Of a DNA stretch of 64,000 nt, positions 52,101 to 64,000 are shown piece by piece. The stretch is from Mytilus edulis. Lineage: Eukaryota. The position numbers were made by a program, and so were the translations under genes. Under the pieces are notes generated by a model, which did no database searches, was not told the origin of the DNA, and saw only the letters and a list, made by a program, of their open reading frames with translations. The DNA lies in contig NC_092350.1 in assembly GCF_963676685.1 (NCBI RefSeq), forward strand, positions 38,936,001 through 39,000,000, in the 5' to 3' direction. Every line of letters begins with the position of its first letter. Position 1 is the stretch's first letter.

Positions 52101-55029
52101 TTTTGATGAAAGTTTTACAATTATATACAGCTCAAATAATGCTTTCTTAGCAGTATTCCTAACTACTGGACAATTATGTTAGATGCATTATTGTTATTTA
52201 TGGAAATTCTGCATATATCTGATCAGATATAAGAATGCAAATTCTAATTATTGCAGTACTAATCCAGTCACACTTTCTGCATTAATAATAAAAACCTCAC
52301 AATATTTTCTGAATTTACAGTATATCAATTTAACATTATGTAAATTTTACAATTGGTGACATATAAATAGCTGGAAATCCTTTAAACATGTTTGCGTTCT
52401 GAAGAAAACTGGAATTTTCATAATTTACACTGAACATAATCATGATAATGAAACAAAAAATCAATCTATTTTTTTGTATTATTTCATAATTCAAGCTTTA
52501 TAAGGGAGGCAACCTAGACATTTCCCCCAAGAAATTAAAACAATTTTCACCATGATCACAGGGAACATTTATTATACAAAATATTATCCTGACTACTCTT
52601 AAATATTTCATCAGTGCTGTGTACTTACAAACCTCTTGACTATATGATTAAATAGGTCTTTACACTTACAATAGTAATTCCTGGGTCAATAACTTCAACT
52701 AGTAACACTTTATTTGGGTAAAATGGTGTATTTTCTGATCCACTATCTGTAATAAATACATACAAATTTTATTAACATGGCACTAATTCCTCGATAGCAT
52801 AAAAATCATAATCTAAATATGAAATACTGTATAATTTTCATAAAATGTGTAAGATAATAATTCTACCTAAACATTCACCACTAACAGAATAAATTAAGAG
52901 TTTTACCACTGTGCCATCATTTACCGCCTTTCTATACAATATGACAATGCATGTACATGTACTATACTTATTTCAAGTGAAAATAAATAGTATTAAATGT
53001 CCAATACCAAATATCACAGGCATATCAAGATAAAATAGGATAATATGATATGAATATCAGTTCTGCTTTGCTCTAGATCAATATGGTGAGTCATTTTAAA
53101 GGGAATAGCTCTGAGGGGAAAGACGGCCTTTGTTTCTTTTTTTTATTTTGATAGTCTTCATATAAAAAATGAAAAAAAGAACAGCTAGAACATGTAGAAA
53201 GGTTGACAATATTGAAATCAATTGTTGTTTAATGTTATTTCCTTAGTTTAGGATTCAATTTGGACCAATGGAAGAGATCTGCATCTTCTTAATCTAAACA
53301 ATCGATTAAAGTTGATCGTTAATTATGTAAAATTCAACTGAATTCTGTCATTTAACAACAACTACAATATTTTCTGAAATCTTAATTGTGTACCATTTTT
53401 TGTGACAGTACTCTAAGATTTTTAATTTTTTTCTTAAGAAAGTTAGGACTAAAAAATCTATTCAGTTTTAATTTCCATTGATAAAGTTCCCAGTTACAAC
53501 TCTCATCACAGGGATACAGGTACTAATAAAAAAACAATATGATTGATGTGAACTGTGTTACCATTACAATGATTTATTTGTTGGTACACACAATTTAGTT
53601 TTAATGGAAGACTACTAATCATATATACTAAATGTCACATTTTAAGTTTTATTTTGGTAGATAATTACTCATCAATTGAGGTGCTCCTGAATTGGAGGAA
53701 GATTCACAAAACAGAATTTTACAGAAAAAATGAAAAAAATTGTTTCTCTCCCCAATCTCATGTATCTCCACGGACTTTGTTTACTTTGAAAGTTGTTGAC
53801 CTACAAATTAAAGTATTGCATGTTGATGTTTGAATCATTTACTGAACTATCGAACTCTGAGAATGATTTAAATAACCCTGCTTCTACGTAGTGTGGCATT
53901 CCAACAATGACGTCACTATAAAAGATAATGTAGGTTGGATATATTTAGAATATCTCGACATACTGATTTTTCCAGATTGTAAAAGAAACGTAAATAGTGT
54001 AAAGGACAGCTCAAAATACGACAATTTCGCTAGAAACAGAAGGGAAATGTGTAAAAAAGAGTTTAAAGTCAATCTATTCATTTGTGTGTCTCGTTCTCAT
54101 CAATCTCAGTAAAATTTGTTGGGGGGTTTTCCACACTATAAAAACAAAATGAATGATGTGAGGGGATGTCTCTCTGGTCAACCCCATAGGGGATTGACGG
54201 CTTGAAGCCGTCTTTCCCAAAAAAAATTTAAATTTTAAATTGGACATTTACCTACATGTACTATGGTCCAATATCCAAAATCTAAATACATGTTTAGATT
54301 CAGCATATCAAAGAACCCCAAGGATTCAATTTTTGTTGATATCAAACAAAGTTTAATTTTGAACCACGATTTGGACCAACTTGAAATCCGGGCACATATT
54401 AAGCAAAAATCTAAGTACATGTTTAGAATCAGCATATCAAAGAACCCCAAGAATTCAATTTTTGTTGAAATCAAACAAAGTTTAATTTTGGACCCCAATT
54501 TGGACCAACTTGAAAACTGGGCCCATAATCAAAAATCTAAGTACATGTTTAGATTCAGCATATCAAAGAACCCCAAGAATTCAGTTTTTGTTGAAATCAA
54601 ACAAAGTTTAATTTTGGACCCTTTGGGCCCCTAATTCCGAAACTGTTGGGACCAAAACTCCCAAAATTAATCCCAACCTTCCTTTTGTGTTCATAAACCT
54701 TGTGTTTAAATTTTATAGATTTCTATTTACTTATACTAAAGTTATTGTGCGAAATCCAGGAAAAATGCTTATTTGGGCCCTTTTTTGGCCCTTAATTCCT
54801 AAACTGTTGGGACCAAAACTCCAAAAAATCAAATTTAAACTAAATTTATAGTGCGAAAACCAGTGTGTCTTCGGACGACGACGACGATGATGCCAACGTC
54901 ATACCACCAAAAATGTGTTTGCGTCCATATAAAAATAAAGTTACCTGTCAAGAATTCAAATACAGCTGTGTTTGGGTTTTGTTTGCTGCTCAGTTTAACA
55001 TTCAAACAGTTACATGTAATCACAACCAT
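43189..55029 (-). CDS. AKT1S1: Proline-rich AKT1 substrate 1 (PRAS40)-like mTORC1 regulator; 12 coding exons, ~376 aa
   Basis: Phase-compatible GT-AG exons: 55029-54945, 52746-52670, 51879-51751, 49037-48935, 48078-47970, 47181-47104, 46661-46609, 46208-46150, 45241-45163, 44508-44425, 44102-43963, 43323-43189 (1131 nt). The product contains a TOS-like GLFMFDG, YSASVPISVPTW (cf. human YAKSLPVSVPVW), IAASMQALA, and FGERPRPRLNTGDF (cf. the human Akt site RPRLNT246SDF). Confidence 0.9.
46382..46478. mobile_element. Very short hairpin MITE in an AKT1S1 intron
   Basis: ~40-bp inverted arms catcttcgctagccaagggttacgatccactcc / ggagtggatcgtaacccttggctagcgaagatg, flanked by atagaaat on both sides (8-9-bp TSD). 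Confidence 0.85.
49047..50926 (+). mobile_element. HINE/pearl-like non-autonomous element with an internal ~503-bp tandem array (about 3 units)
   Basis: Starts aacaagaggctctcaagagcc. The unit marker aagggcaataactcct recurs at 49381, 49883 and 50386. A (GAC)n-like microsatellite lies at ~50851-50877, and the 3' hairpin agctcacttgtcccttcgggacaggtgagct is followed by an A run. Confidence 0.8.
54230..54936 (+). mobile_element. HINE/pearl-like element with ~127-bp tandem units (3 copies) and a 3' (GAC)n microsatellite
   Basis: aaaatctaa(a/g)tacatgtttag..tcagcatatcaaagaaccccaag occurs at ~54277, ~54406 and ~54532; cggacgacgacgacgatgatg occurs at ~54872. Confidence 0.7.
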
Positions 55030-57699
55030 CTAAAATTAAAGTAAAACTGAACTAAAAGCTTGTATATTCATAACTGTCACAGACTGTGTATGAGTTTTTA
55101 AACATTTGTAAAGCTACAGAAACAACAAATTTAGCCATTTTTTTTTATTTAAAAAGGAGCATACAATGTAACTCATAAATTATATTTAAGTGAAACCACC
55201 CAATTAACAACTAGAACTGTGTTTTGTAATAACATGATTATGAATAATAAACATTGTGTTTAAGTTTTATATTATGTGATTGAGGCAAACTAAAGTTAGA
55301 GAACATAAAAGAAAAATTCAGCATTTTTTTATGTTTATATAGGCTGTAACTTATAATTATAGTTAACAAATAAAGTGAGGCAACCCAGTTTCAAAATTGA
55401 TCTACAAATATACATGGTGTTTTGTGGTAATAAGCATTGTGTAAAAGTTTTATAACATATCTAAGGCAAACATAAAGTTAGAGAATTGTGAATAGAAACA
55501 CAACGTAAACATGATAAAGCAATTGTTATGTTAATAAAGGGGCATAACTCATGAACTGTAAAAGTGAAGCCACTCATCTGTCTTTTTTGTTAATATGCAT
55601 TGTGTTAAAGTTTTTTACTATTAGGCTGATGCATAAGTTTTTTTACTCTTAGGTTGATGCAAGCTTACATGTAAGTTAGACAGAAAGGACAGAAATGATT
55701 TTTTTTTTGTGTTCATATATCATGTCTATGTATTCAGATATAATCTTGAAGATATAGTTTGAGTGCCAATAAGACAATTCTCCATCCATATATTTATAAA
55801 AATAAAAAAGCTGTGGTATGATTGCCAATTGATGAGACAACTCTTCACAAGAGACCATGGCCAAATGACACAGAAATTAACAATTATATGTTACTCTATG
55901 TATTGTGTACATGGTATATTAGTTTTGTAATATTTCATTGAGGCAAACTAAAGTTAAAGAATTGAAACCATGTATTTATTATAAAAATGTGTTTTCAATT
56001 TTAGACTATCTAAGTCATAAAATGACAGACTTGTTTAGGTCTATTTATGTTGATGAAAAAACTTAATTTTACTTGGTAGCCAAAGTACATCACCTATGAC
56101 AGCAAAAACCTGTCTGAGAGTTCACAAGTAAATGTACTTGAGCTATCTATATTTAATTATTTTATTGAACATCCTTACTAAACACAGATGTTTTACCTCA
56201 TTAAGTGTGGTTCCAGGTGGTTGCATTGTAGGGTTAATGAACATTATCTCCGATTTTTTAGGCTCTCTTTCATATTTTTCTTTAGAAGACAAAGCATTGT
56301 CTTTCAATGTTGTCACTATTTGATTTAGATGTGTGACCTCTTTATACATATGCGTGGGTCTTGAAGTTAACCAATTTTGGTAACTTATTGACTTGTAGGA
56401 GTCCATATTTGCAACTTTTTTATTCTGGTCCATTATTTCTTGCTAAACAATAATTGACTTATTAAAGTTGTATTTTATCTTGCATTAAAGGGAGACAAAT
56501 CCCAAAACTTACAAATTTAGACCTCTATGAGTCAAAAGCAGATTAAGACTTATTATGTCTGAGCTCTGACTCCTTAATGCTCCTTTGCTACAGCAGGGGC
56601 ATAAAATTAACATTTTCCCCAAAAATCTAAATCTCATTGCTCTAAACATGCTAAATGCAAACTTAATATATGCTCTGGTAAGTAGGTAAAGTAAGTAGTG
56701 ACTTTATATTTAGAGTTTAAAACTAATCTTCCCCAACATGCCCAAGGCCATCTCAAAAAACAATTCAAAACACAATGTATATCATGATGAAATATATACA
56801 TTGTATATATACATGTAAGACACACTTAAGTACAAATACAATATTTTTAGCCAATCATCATGTCTGTGCATAATTTGTAATTCAAAACAACGAGTTTTTT
56901 TTTTAATTACCTTGTCTACCCATGCACTTGCACTGCTAGGGAATTTACATGATACGAGTTTAAAATGGTACCATTTAACTTGCTTCCCAATTTTGTACAG
57001 AGTACAGAGGCCTTAAAAGTGGCACTCACAGTACCCGGATCAAAGAGTTTATTAAAATGTAGTAAGTAATAACATGAATAGTGCACCATACCATTATCAC
57101 ATTTGTCAAAGAACTACATAGTGTACCATATAAATGCCTCTGTTGGTTCAAAAAATAATAGTGTTGACACTGGAAAATTTTATAAGACCAGCAGACAACG
57201 TAAAAATAACTCTAAAAACTTAAAATAGACTTTACAGGTAAGCTAACGAGCATCACCATGATTGGATTAATTTGAGATGAAATAACTTACTGTGAAAACA
57301 AGTCCTGCACATAAACAATTCTGTAAATTATGACCATTCTCATAACTCAGACATGAAAAGTTTGCAGTAGAAATAATATCATGTAAATGTCTATATCCTG
57401 AGGTCAGAATCTAAGTTAAGGACTCTTACAGAATTATATAACATGTACATATCTATATATAAGAGCAATCGTAATATGATGATCATTAACACAAACCTTT
57501 TTATGCATCAATTCGAATATCAGCTGATATAAAGTACATGTTTATGTATTTCTATGCGCGATAAAATTTAATTATAACTGTTTTGTTTGTTGCCCTACTT
57601 TTTATTTGTGTGCCTGTTGTCACATATTAAAATAATCTGTGCATAACTTCGTCATTCTCAACTGTGCACTTACTATTTGGCTAAATTGCCGATAGAAGA

Positions 57700-58020
57700 A
57701 GAATCTTAAACCTTCAAATCGTTCCTATTTTGATTCGATGTCGTTTGACATGATCTAAAAAATCTCGGTTAAAGTCATCAATCAACTGCGGTCAGGTCAA
57801 AGCACATGACCCCTTTCGGAACTTTTCCAAACAGGTACTCGATAGTTTCGAATTTCATTCATTGTAAATTTTATAGTAAACATGACAACGAGACAAACAG
57901 ATTGAAAGATATTATTTAGAAAATATAAAACGCAAATATGTATTTCAAAAGCGGATAAAAAAACTACATAGATTCTCCGGATTCGAAAACAATTCAATTC
58001 GTCTGCTCTCACAAGGTAAA
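57700..58020. promoter_or_regulatory. Candidate bidirectional promoter between AKT1S1 (-) and the alpha/beta-hydrolase (+)
   Basis: The two genes diverge around this region. It is locally CpG-enriched and repeat-free, with outward-facing donor-like sites (minus GAAG|gtttaa at ~57711; plus CAAG|gtaaac at ~58015) and an M-box-like GGTCATGTGCT at 57801-57811 (-). Confidence 0.4.
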
Positions 58021-59723
58021 CATTGGGTAGCTTGTCCCGTAAGCTGATCCACATGGTTGTGATTTTTATGTAAGGTTACGTATTCTGAAAGTAATTTAAT
58101 AGGCTTTTGTCGATTTGTAAGATATTCTATGTCAGTTGATGTAAACTTTGCGTATGGGATAAAAGTTTTGGGACTTTTTATTGATAATGAAAGACGAATT
58201 TTCCAAGATATCTTATGCCAAGTTGTGGTCAAAGTTCGAGGTCACGACAGAAGTTGGACTGAAATTTTGAGTTTTAACATTATGATTCCAAATTTGGGGT
58301 AGGACAACCTTTTAATGGCCTTTTGCTTTAAGGGTCCCCATTCTTTAAAGTAAGAGTTAATTCATGGTTATGGTTTATATGTGTGGGTCTCATTGTGGGG
58401 GGGGGGTTCTGATCCCAGATCCCGGATCACACCTACTGTTTTGTCAGATTTCCCGTATCCTCCTTACACTATGTATGTAAGCAATTCTTATTTTTAGTAA
58501 TTTCCCGTCTCCCACTAGACATCATTTCCCGTTTTCACAGCACAATAATTTGACTTTTACATGCCCCGCTTACAAAAAATTGGCAATCCTGCGTCACACT
58601 TAGACCCAATGAGGTTAGGGTTTAAGGTTTGAGGGTTAGAGCAAGTATTAGGTTTAGGTATGGGTTAGGGTAGGGTTGGAGTAAAGGATAGTTTAGTATA
58701 GCTCTATGTGGGTTTTAATAGAACCCTAAAGTTAAAGAAGAGTTTTTTTTACAATTTTTTTAAGGGATTAATTTATTTTTTTTTCAAAATTATTCAAATT
58801 TAGAATTTTTTATAAATTTCAAGAAGAAATCTTCAATAGCACAGTATTGCGCTATAAATTTGTAAGATCTTTGACCACATTTATTTTGTGTCAGAAACCT
58901 ATATTATGTGAAATATTTTATCACAATTCAAATTCAGACAGTATCAAGCTTGAATATAATGACGTATTATGTTCAAATTTGCCCCCAACTGTTCAGGGTT
59001 CAACCTCTGTGGTCGTATCAGGCTGCACTCAGCGAAGCATTTTATTGCTTTTGCTTTACTCAGAAAGGGGTTATCGTTCTCTGTTGTACAATAAAAAAAG
59101 AAAAAAGTGAAAATTATAACACATGTAACATGAGAATTGTCATTTTGTTACTCTGCTTATACCTACATTTACCATTGGATCAGTTTAATGAAATCTATGA
59201 CAAAATTTTACATCAGCAATATCTTAAACGAAATTAAAGTAATAAGTAAATTTCCAGTATATTGACCCGACAGAGACCTGACCATGGGCTTCTTGTCAGT
59301 TATTAATTAGCATTAGTGTTCTTAATTTTTGGAATTTTAAGGTTAAAAACTATATAGCTGACCCAATTTTCAAAATAATAACATATTAGATGTATAATAT
59401 ATTTCAACTATCTTACTAGGTAAAATTCATTAGATAAGAAAGTGTTTTTTTTGTTTTTTTAAAGTTTGTTTTATTGGTTATACTGCAAGTTTATATACTA
59501 TGCAAATAGAGATGAGTATCTTAATCGTCAATAATAAAGTACATTGTAGTATAATTTTCTCAATGGATTTTTAAAATCTCTGAATAAGTCTGTCTTTATA
59601 TAGTTTAATGGATATTTAGAGTAATCAAGGCAGCTTTTAATTTTTTTCAATGTGTAAATAGAATATTGAATTATCTATTAGTCCCAGGTAAATTCAAAAC
59701 CAAAGATTTGTTAAAGATCATTA

Positions 59724-59866
59724 CAGTAGCGGATCCAGAAATTTTCATAAGTGGGGGCCCACTGACTGACCTAAGAGGGGGCCCGCTCCAGTCACGCTTC
59801 AATGATTCCTTATATAAGCAACCAAATTTTTTCCTAAAAAGGGGGGCCCCCCTAAATCCGCCTCTG
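59724..59866. mobile_element. MITE with CAGTRGCGGAT-type TIRs and 5-bp TSD
   Basis: cagtagcggatcc ... aaatccgcctctg, flanked by catta on both sides. Confidence 0.75.
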
Positions 59867-60450
59867 CATTAGATGATTAGTAGATGACTTTAACATGTTT
59901 AAATAGTCATGAAAGTGGCACACTCTGTTATGTACTGGATGAAAACTTTATGAATACTTTATTTAATTAATATACTGAACTCCTGGATTCAAGGTTGCAA
60001 AATTTAAACAGCAAATACATTACCTTTGTTTTGTTGTGTAGCTTTAAGTCATGTTCCTTTGCAGAATCTGGCTATACCATATATAGAACATTCATGCAGT
60101 CTATGTGTTAATGATATAAATGAGTGCTTATTTATCAATTATTTATGTAATTTCTCTGACAGTATGTCACATGGTACATCAATTTAAGCAGTAATAACTT
60201 GTTTACTTAGTAATTAAATTTGTCTAAATGAAATCATAATCATGATTATGTTATTCTGAATGAGATCAAAAGGAAACAATATAGTGTTTGGTAAACAATT
60301 AGTTATAATCCTTTCACTTGATTTGCAGAAAAAAAACTTTCAGCAGTTTACCTGAAGGCATGTCATTCATTTAATCACAATTTAATTTAATCAGATGTTT
60401 AACATTAACCCATAAATTGTTAACTTTTGATCTCACTTATTACTTATATA

Positions 60451-61758
60451 TGTTACAGTGAATTTGTATAATCAGGGATTATGTAGAATCCCTGATTTTT
60501 CAGGGAATATGTAGAATCACTAAAATCATTAGTAATTATATATAATCCCTGAAAATGACCAGTGATTTTACATAATCACTGAACATTTTAATACTTATTC
60601 TACAAATTCCCTAATATTTTTTTCAGGGATTATGAATAATTTAATTTGTTTGATAAAAAAGAATAATACATATAGAATAATCATCATTTTTTACTTTCAT
60701 AGTTTAGTTTAAACATATTTTATTTGCTGAATTAAAGCAAAATGGATTAGACACAAGTAAATCATACTTTCATATTCCTTGTAGATGAAATAATTTTGCT
60801 TTTAAACACAGAGGACGATCTTAAAGATACAACCAACTGAAGGTTTAGAGATAAAGTTGAAAACTTTCAAAATTAATATTATCAAGATTCACTTTAAAGC
60901 GATAACTTTACATGTATTGTTTGTTTATTAAAAGCCAGAGTCCAATGGATATTCATGTTCTATTTGTAAATCCACAGAGCATGTTATTTGTGGTACATGG
61001 AAAACAAATTATGGAACATTTTTTTTTTTTTTTGATTTTTTTTTTGTTTTGTTTTTGTTCAAATGAACAAGAAAATTTAAACAGAGCGAACTTACGCATC
61101 TAAATGTATAGAAAAACTAAGGATTGACAATTAGGACGAAAGTTTAGAGGAAACTGGCATTTGGTGCAATATTCTCTTAGCATAATTCCACAGGGTGAAA
61201 AAGGAAAGGGGATATCAAAAAACTTAATGATAATTGTTCACCAAAAGTCTGAAAAAGGATATCGCCTGGCCAAAAAACATTAGTTTCTTGCTTGAACCAG
61301 TTCGGTGTTGCTAATTCCCTTTTTGGGGGGTACCTACAGATTGTTTAAGGAACACTTTATTTCTCTTAAGCGGGTCATAAAATCTGATTCGATATGTGAA
61401 TGAAAATGGTTTCTAAAATGTGGATATTGTGGTAATAACAGACGTAAGGCATTTATTTTAATATATTGTGTTTAACATTTTAATATATTGTGCCTAACAT
61501 TTAAAAAAAATAGGGTTATCATTTTGATATTTTGTGCTTAACATTTTACAGTTTATGTTTATACAGTGTAATGCTGTTTTCTTATGATCATTTATAGCAT
61601 AAATTATTTGACGTTTATTCATTTTCTTTATAAATAAAACTATTTCTTCACTTCAGTTATTATGTATAATCCCTGACCTTTTTTCTAGTGATTATACATA
61701 ATCCCTGAAAATTTCAGGGATTCTACATAATCACTGATTATACAAATTCACTGTAACA
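60451..61758. mobile_element. ~1.3-kb non-autonomous DNA transposon with TA flanks and subterminal repeats
   Basis: Perfect 25-bp TIRs tgttacagtgaatttgtataatcag / ctgattatacaaattcactgtaaca. Repeated gattatgtagaatccctga-like motifs occur near both ends, and both sides are flanked by TA. Confidence 0.8.
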
Positions 61759-62322
61759 TATACATATATGTATGAACAATAGTCATTAGGATGTGAAGTG
61801 ATTTTTTAAATTGAATGATAAAACAATAAAACAATAGTTCTGTTGGTTGAGATTTTTATGAATGAAAGCTTAAGGAAAGAAATGTATTATTGGAGGTCAA
61901 TGTTTATTTCAATTAAGCTTAACAGTTAAATAGAAATTGAAACATATACATTAAACATGTGAAAGTGAATCTTTCAGCACGATTCAAAATAATCTTTCGA
62001 TTTTTTTTCAGTCTCTTCTCTTAAAAATTCATACCTTCCTTTTTGCTGATCCAGCGACTTTTGTCACAAAAAGGAAGCCAAAGTGATCCTATATTCTGTT
62101 GGTATACGTAGCGTCCACAAATATATATTCACTCTTTGGTTAAGGCCTGAAAATGTTTAAATCTCCAGTTGTGACTTAAAGACAACTCTGTCTCATGTTT
62201 GCATATATATGTATGTAACAATACCATCTTCATGCCTTATATATCATGTACTGTATTGTGACGCTAGATTAAAACTGACAAGGAAAGGTAACACCTGGCC
62301 ACCAAAAGCTTTATTATTGTCA

Positions 62323-62490
62323 AGCTAAGGTGGTCGAGTGGTCTAGCGTGTCGGATACAGTGTAGGCGATTTGGTGTCTAGATATCTCAGTAGAATGAGT
62401 TTGAATCCCGGCGAGGGAAGAACAAAAAATTTGCGAAAGCAAATTTACACATCTAACATTGTTGGGCTGATGTTTAGACGAGTTGTATAA
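62323..62490 (+). mobile_element. tRNA-derived SINE
   Basis: A-box tggtcgagtgg, degenerate B-box gagtttgaatcc, and a tail ggcgagggaagaacaaaaaatttgcg. Confidence 0.6.
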
Positions 62491-63127
62491 TACAAGCTTA
62501 AGGTGCTTTAGATAAGTATTACACAAAGTTGTTAATTAATTCTTCTCGTTCTCTTCTACCATGTCTACCATACATAGTAATGTGTACAACCCAAATTAAA
62601 CATGTTGAATAACCAAGCAAGAATTAGGATTGTTAAAATAATAATTATCATGATTATTTCTTAAAAAATATTTGGAATAAAATGAAAACAAAACTTGTTA
62701 TCAGCTAGTCATACAAACACTGTCAGATGATGTCTGAGTGCAATCCCAGACTTGCATGCATGCACCTTAAAAAGTTCAATACCATTTAACAGCCAATATT
62801 TTGGCCAATAAAAATGGCTTACATTCATCTTTTCATTTGAATCAGTGCAAAATTCATCACCAGAAAAACACAGTAAAGACTGGATTCCTAATGAATGTAC
62901 TTATAATAATTACCTTAAATATTGCATGTTTTTGTAGTATATAATAAGAGACAGATTATACAAATGTACATTTTTTTTTATAAGAGAGCTACTGTTTCTC
63001 AAACTATAGCCATTCTTCAAACTGGTTGACGTGGTTGATAATAAGCAAATTGTCTGATAGTTTCAGCACTGAAATAATTTTTTTTATTCAATTCATGTTT
63101 AGTTTTCCTTTTTCAGAATGCTGAAAG

Positions 63128-63518
63128 ATGCAGTGCTGCAGTAAAAGTTGCCATTATTACTTTGTATGTGAAATTACAAAACAGTTCAGGAGTCATTTGA
63201 AATTTCAATGTAGAAATCTATTAACTTCAAGCAGACTTGAGAATCAACAGTTAAAAGCTGATAAACTTCCTCATCAGCCAGAAAATATTGTTCATAACAA
63301 ACTAACACTTCCTGTAAAATTTAAGTCATCAGATCCACATAAAGTAGAAGATATTGCTGTACAATTAAATGTACAGACCACATCCAGACATGATGCATCC
63401 CCAAGTGATCCGGTCGTCTTAGCTTTACATGGTATGCCTGGAGACGGTGGTGACTTTCACAACCTGTCCTTACAGTTAGCTCAACATGGCATGAAATGTA
63501 TTGCACCAGATTTTCCAG
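63128..63518 (+). CDS. First coding exon of an alpha/beta-hydrolase fold protein (gene continues past the window)
   Basis: Acceptor ttttcag at 63116 and donor CAG|gtaagt at 63518/63519. It encodes VVLALHGMPGDGGDF (oxyanion HG motif) and GMKCIAPDFPG, typical of alpha/beta-hydrolase strands beta3-beta4. Confidence 0.8.
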
Positions 63519-64000
63519 GTAAGTTTTCAAATTAGAACAAACCTTTATGCCCTGTCTTTAAGTAAAATGAGTGCTTGTATGTTATTATGTCTGTACTCAT
63601 TTTTCTCTATTAGCCAATCATTTGGTCTGTTTGTCACATATCAGGTTAAAGTATGGGTTGGTACCAAACACCTTGACTACATTGATTTTGCTCGTTTAAT
63701 TTTCATAAAATTTTGACAAAATATTAACTTTGACCCATTGACAAAACATATTAAAATATCACAAAACTTGAACCACACACTTATCAGATAAATGTTATCG
63801 GATATATAGCAGTTTGACAAACACTAATTTTGATCAATCAGAAGCTTAATATTTTCTTAACAACAGAATTGGATTTAGAACTTTCAGCTGATTTTAACAG
63901 AGTTATCTCCCTGTAGTGTCATGTACCACCTTTAAGTATTTAAAGATGAAGTTGTGTTCACATCCTAGAAGGAGTCCACATGATTGTTATGAATAAAACT

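Noticed and set aside
54263-54634. 123-aa ORF with repeated KSKYMFRFSISKNPK
   Set aside because: A by-product of the ~127-bp tandem units of a non-autonomous element.
58613-58690. Interstitial telomeric (TTAGGG)n
   Set aside because: Only two exact units in a degenerate G/T-rich tract adjoining other repeat fragments.

Overview
AT-rich, repeat-dense animal genomic DNA with GT-AG introns. The repeat landscape looks bivalve, probably Mytilus-like (inferred from pattern recognition, not a database result). There is one assembly gap (10445-10609). Five protein-coding genes can be reconstructed by hand. (1, 2) Two tandem minus-strand paralogues of the nitrate/nitrite porter (NRT2/NarK, MFS) family. 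Each has three coding exons with identical intron positions and phases (~542 and ~541 aa), and a decayed copy of exon 1 lies inside intron 2 of the second paralogue. (3) A plus-strand 710-aa ORF without coding introns that fuses a protein kinase domain to a Nudix-like domain. (4) A 12-coding-exon minus-strand AKT1S1/PRAS40 orthologue (~376 aa) with an N-terminal CxC...CxxC module. (5) The first coding exon of a divergently oriented alpha/beta-hydrolase. Non-coding sequence holds tRNA-derived SINEs, MITEs with TSDs, HINE/pearl-like elements with internal tandem arrays, and a perfect 107-bp-arm palindrome. The most notable observations are intact, intron-bearing, plant/algal-like NRT2 transporters embedded in an animal chromosome and the kinase-Nudix fusion.
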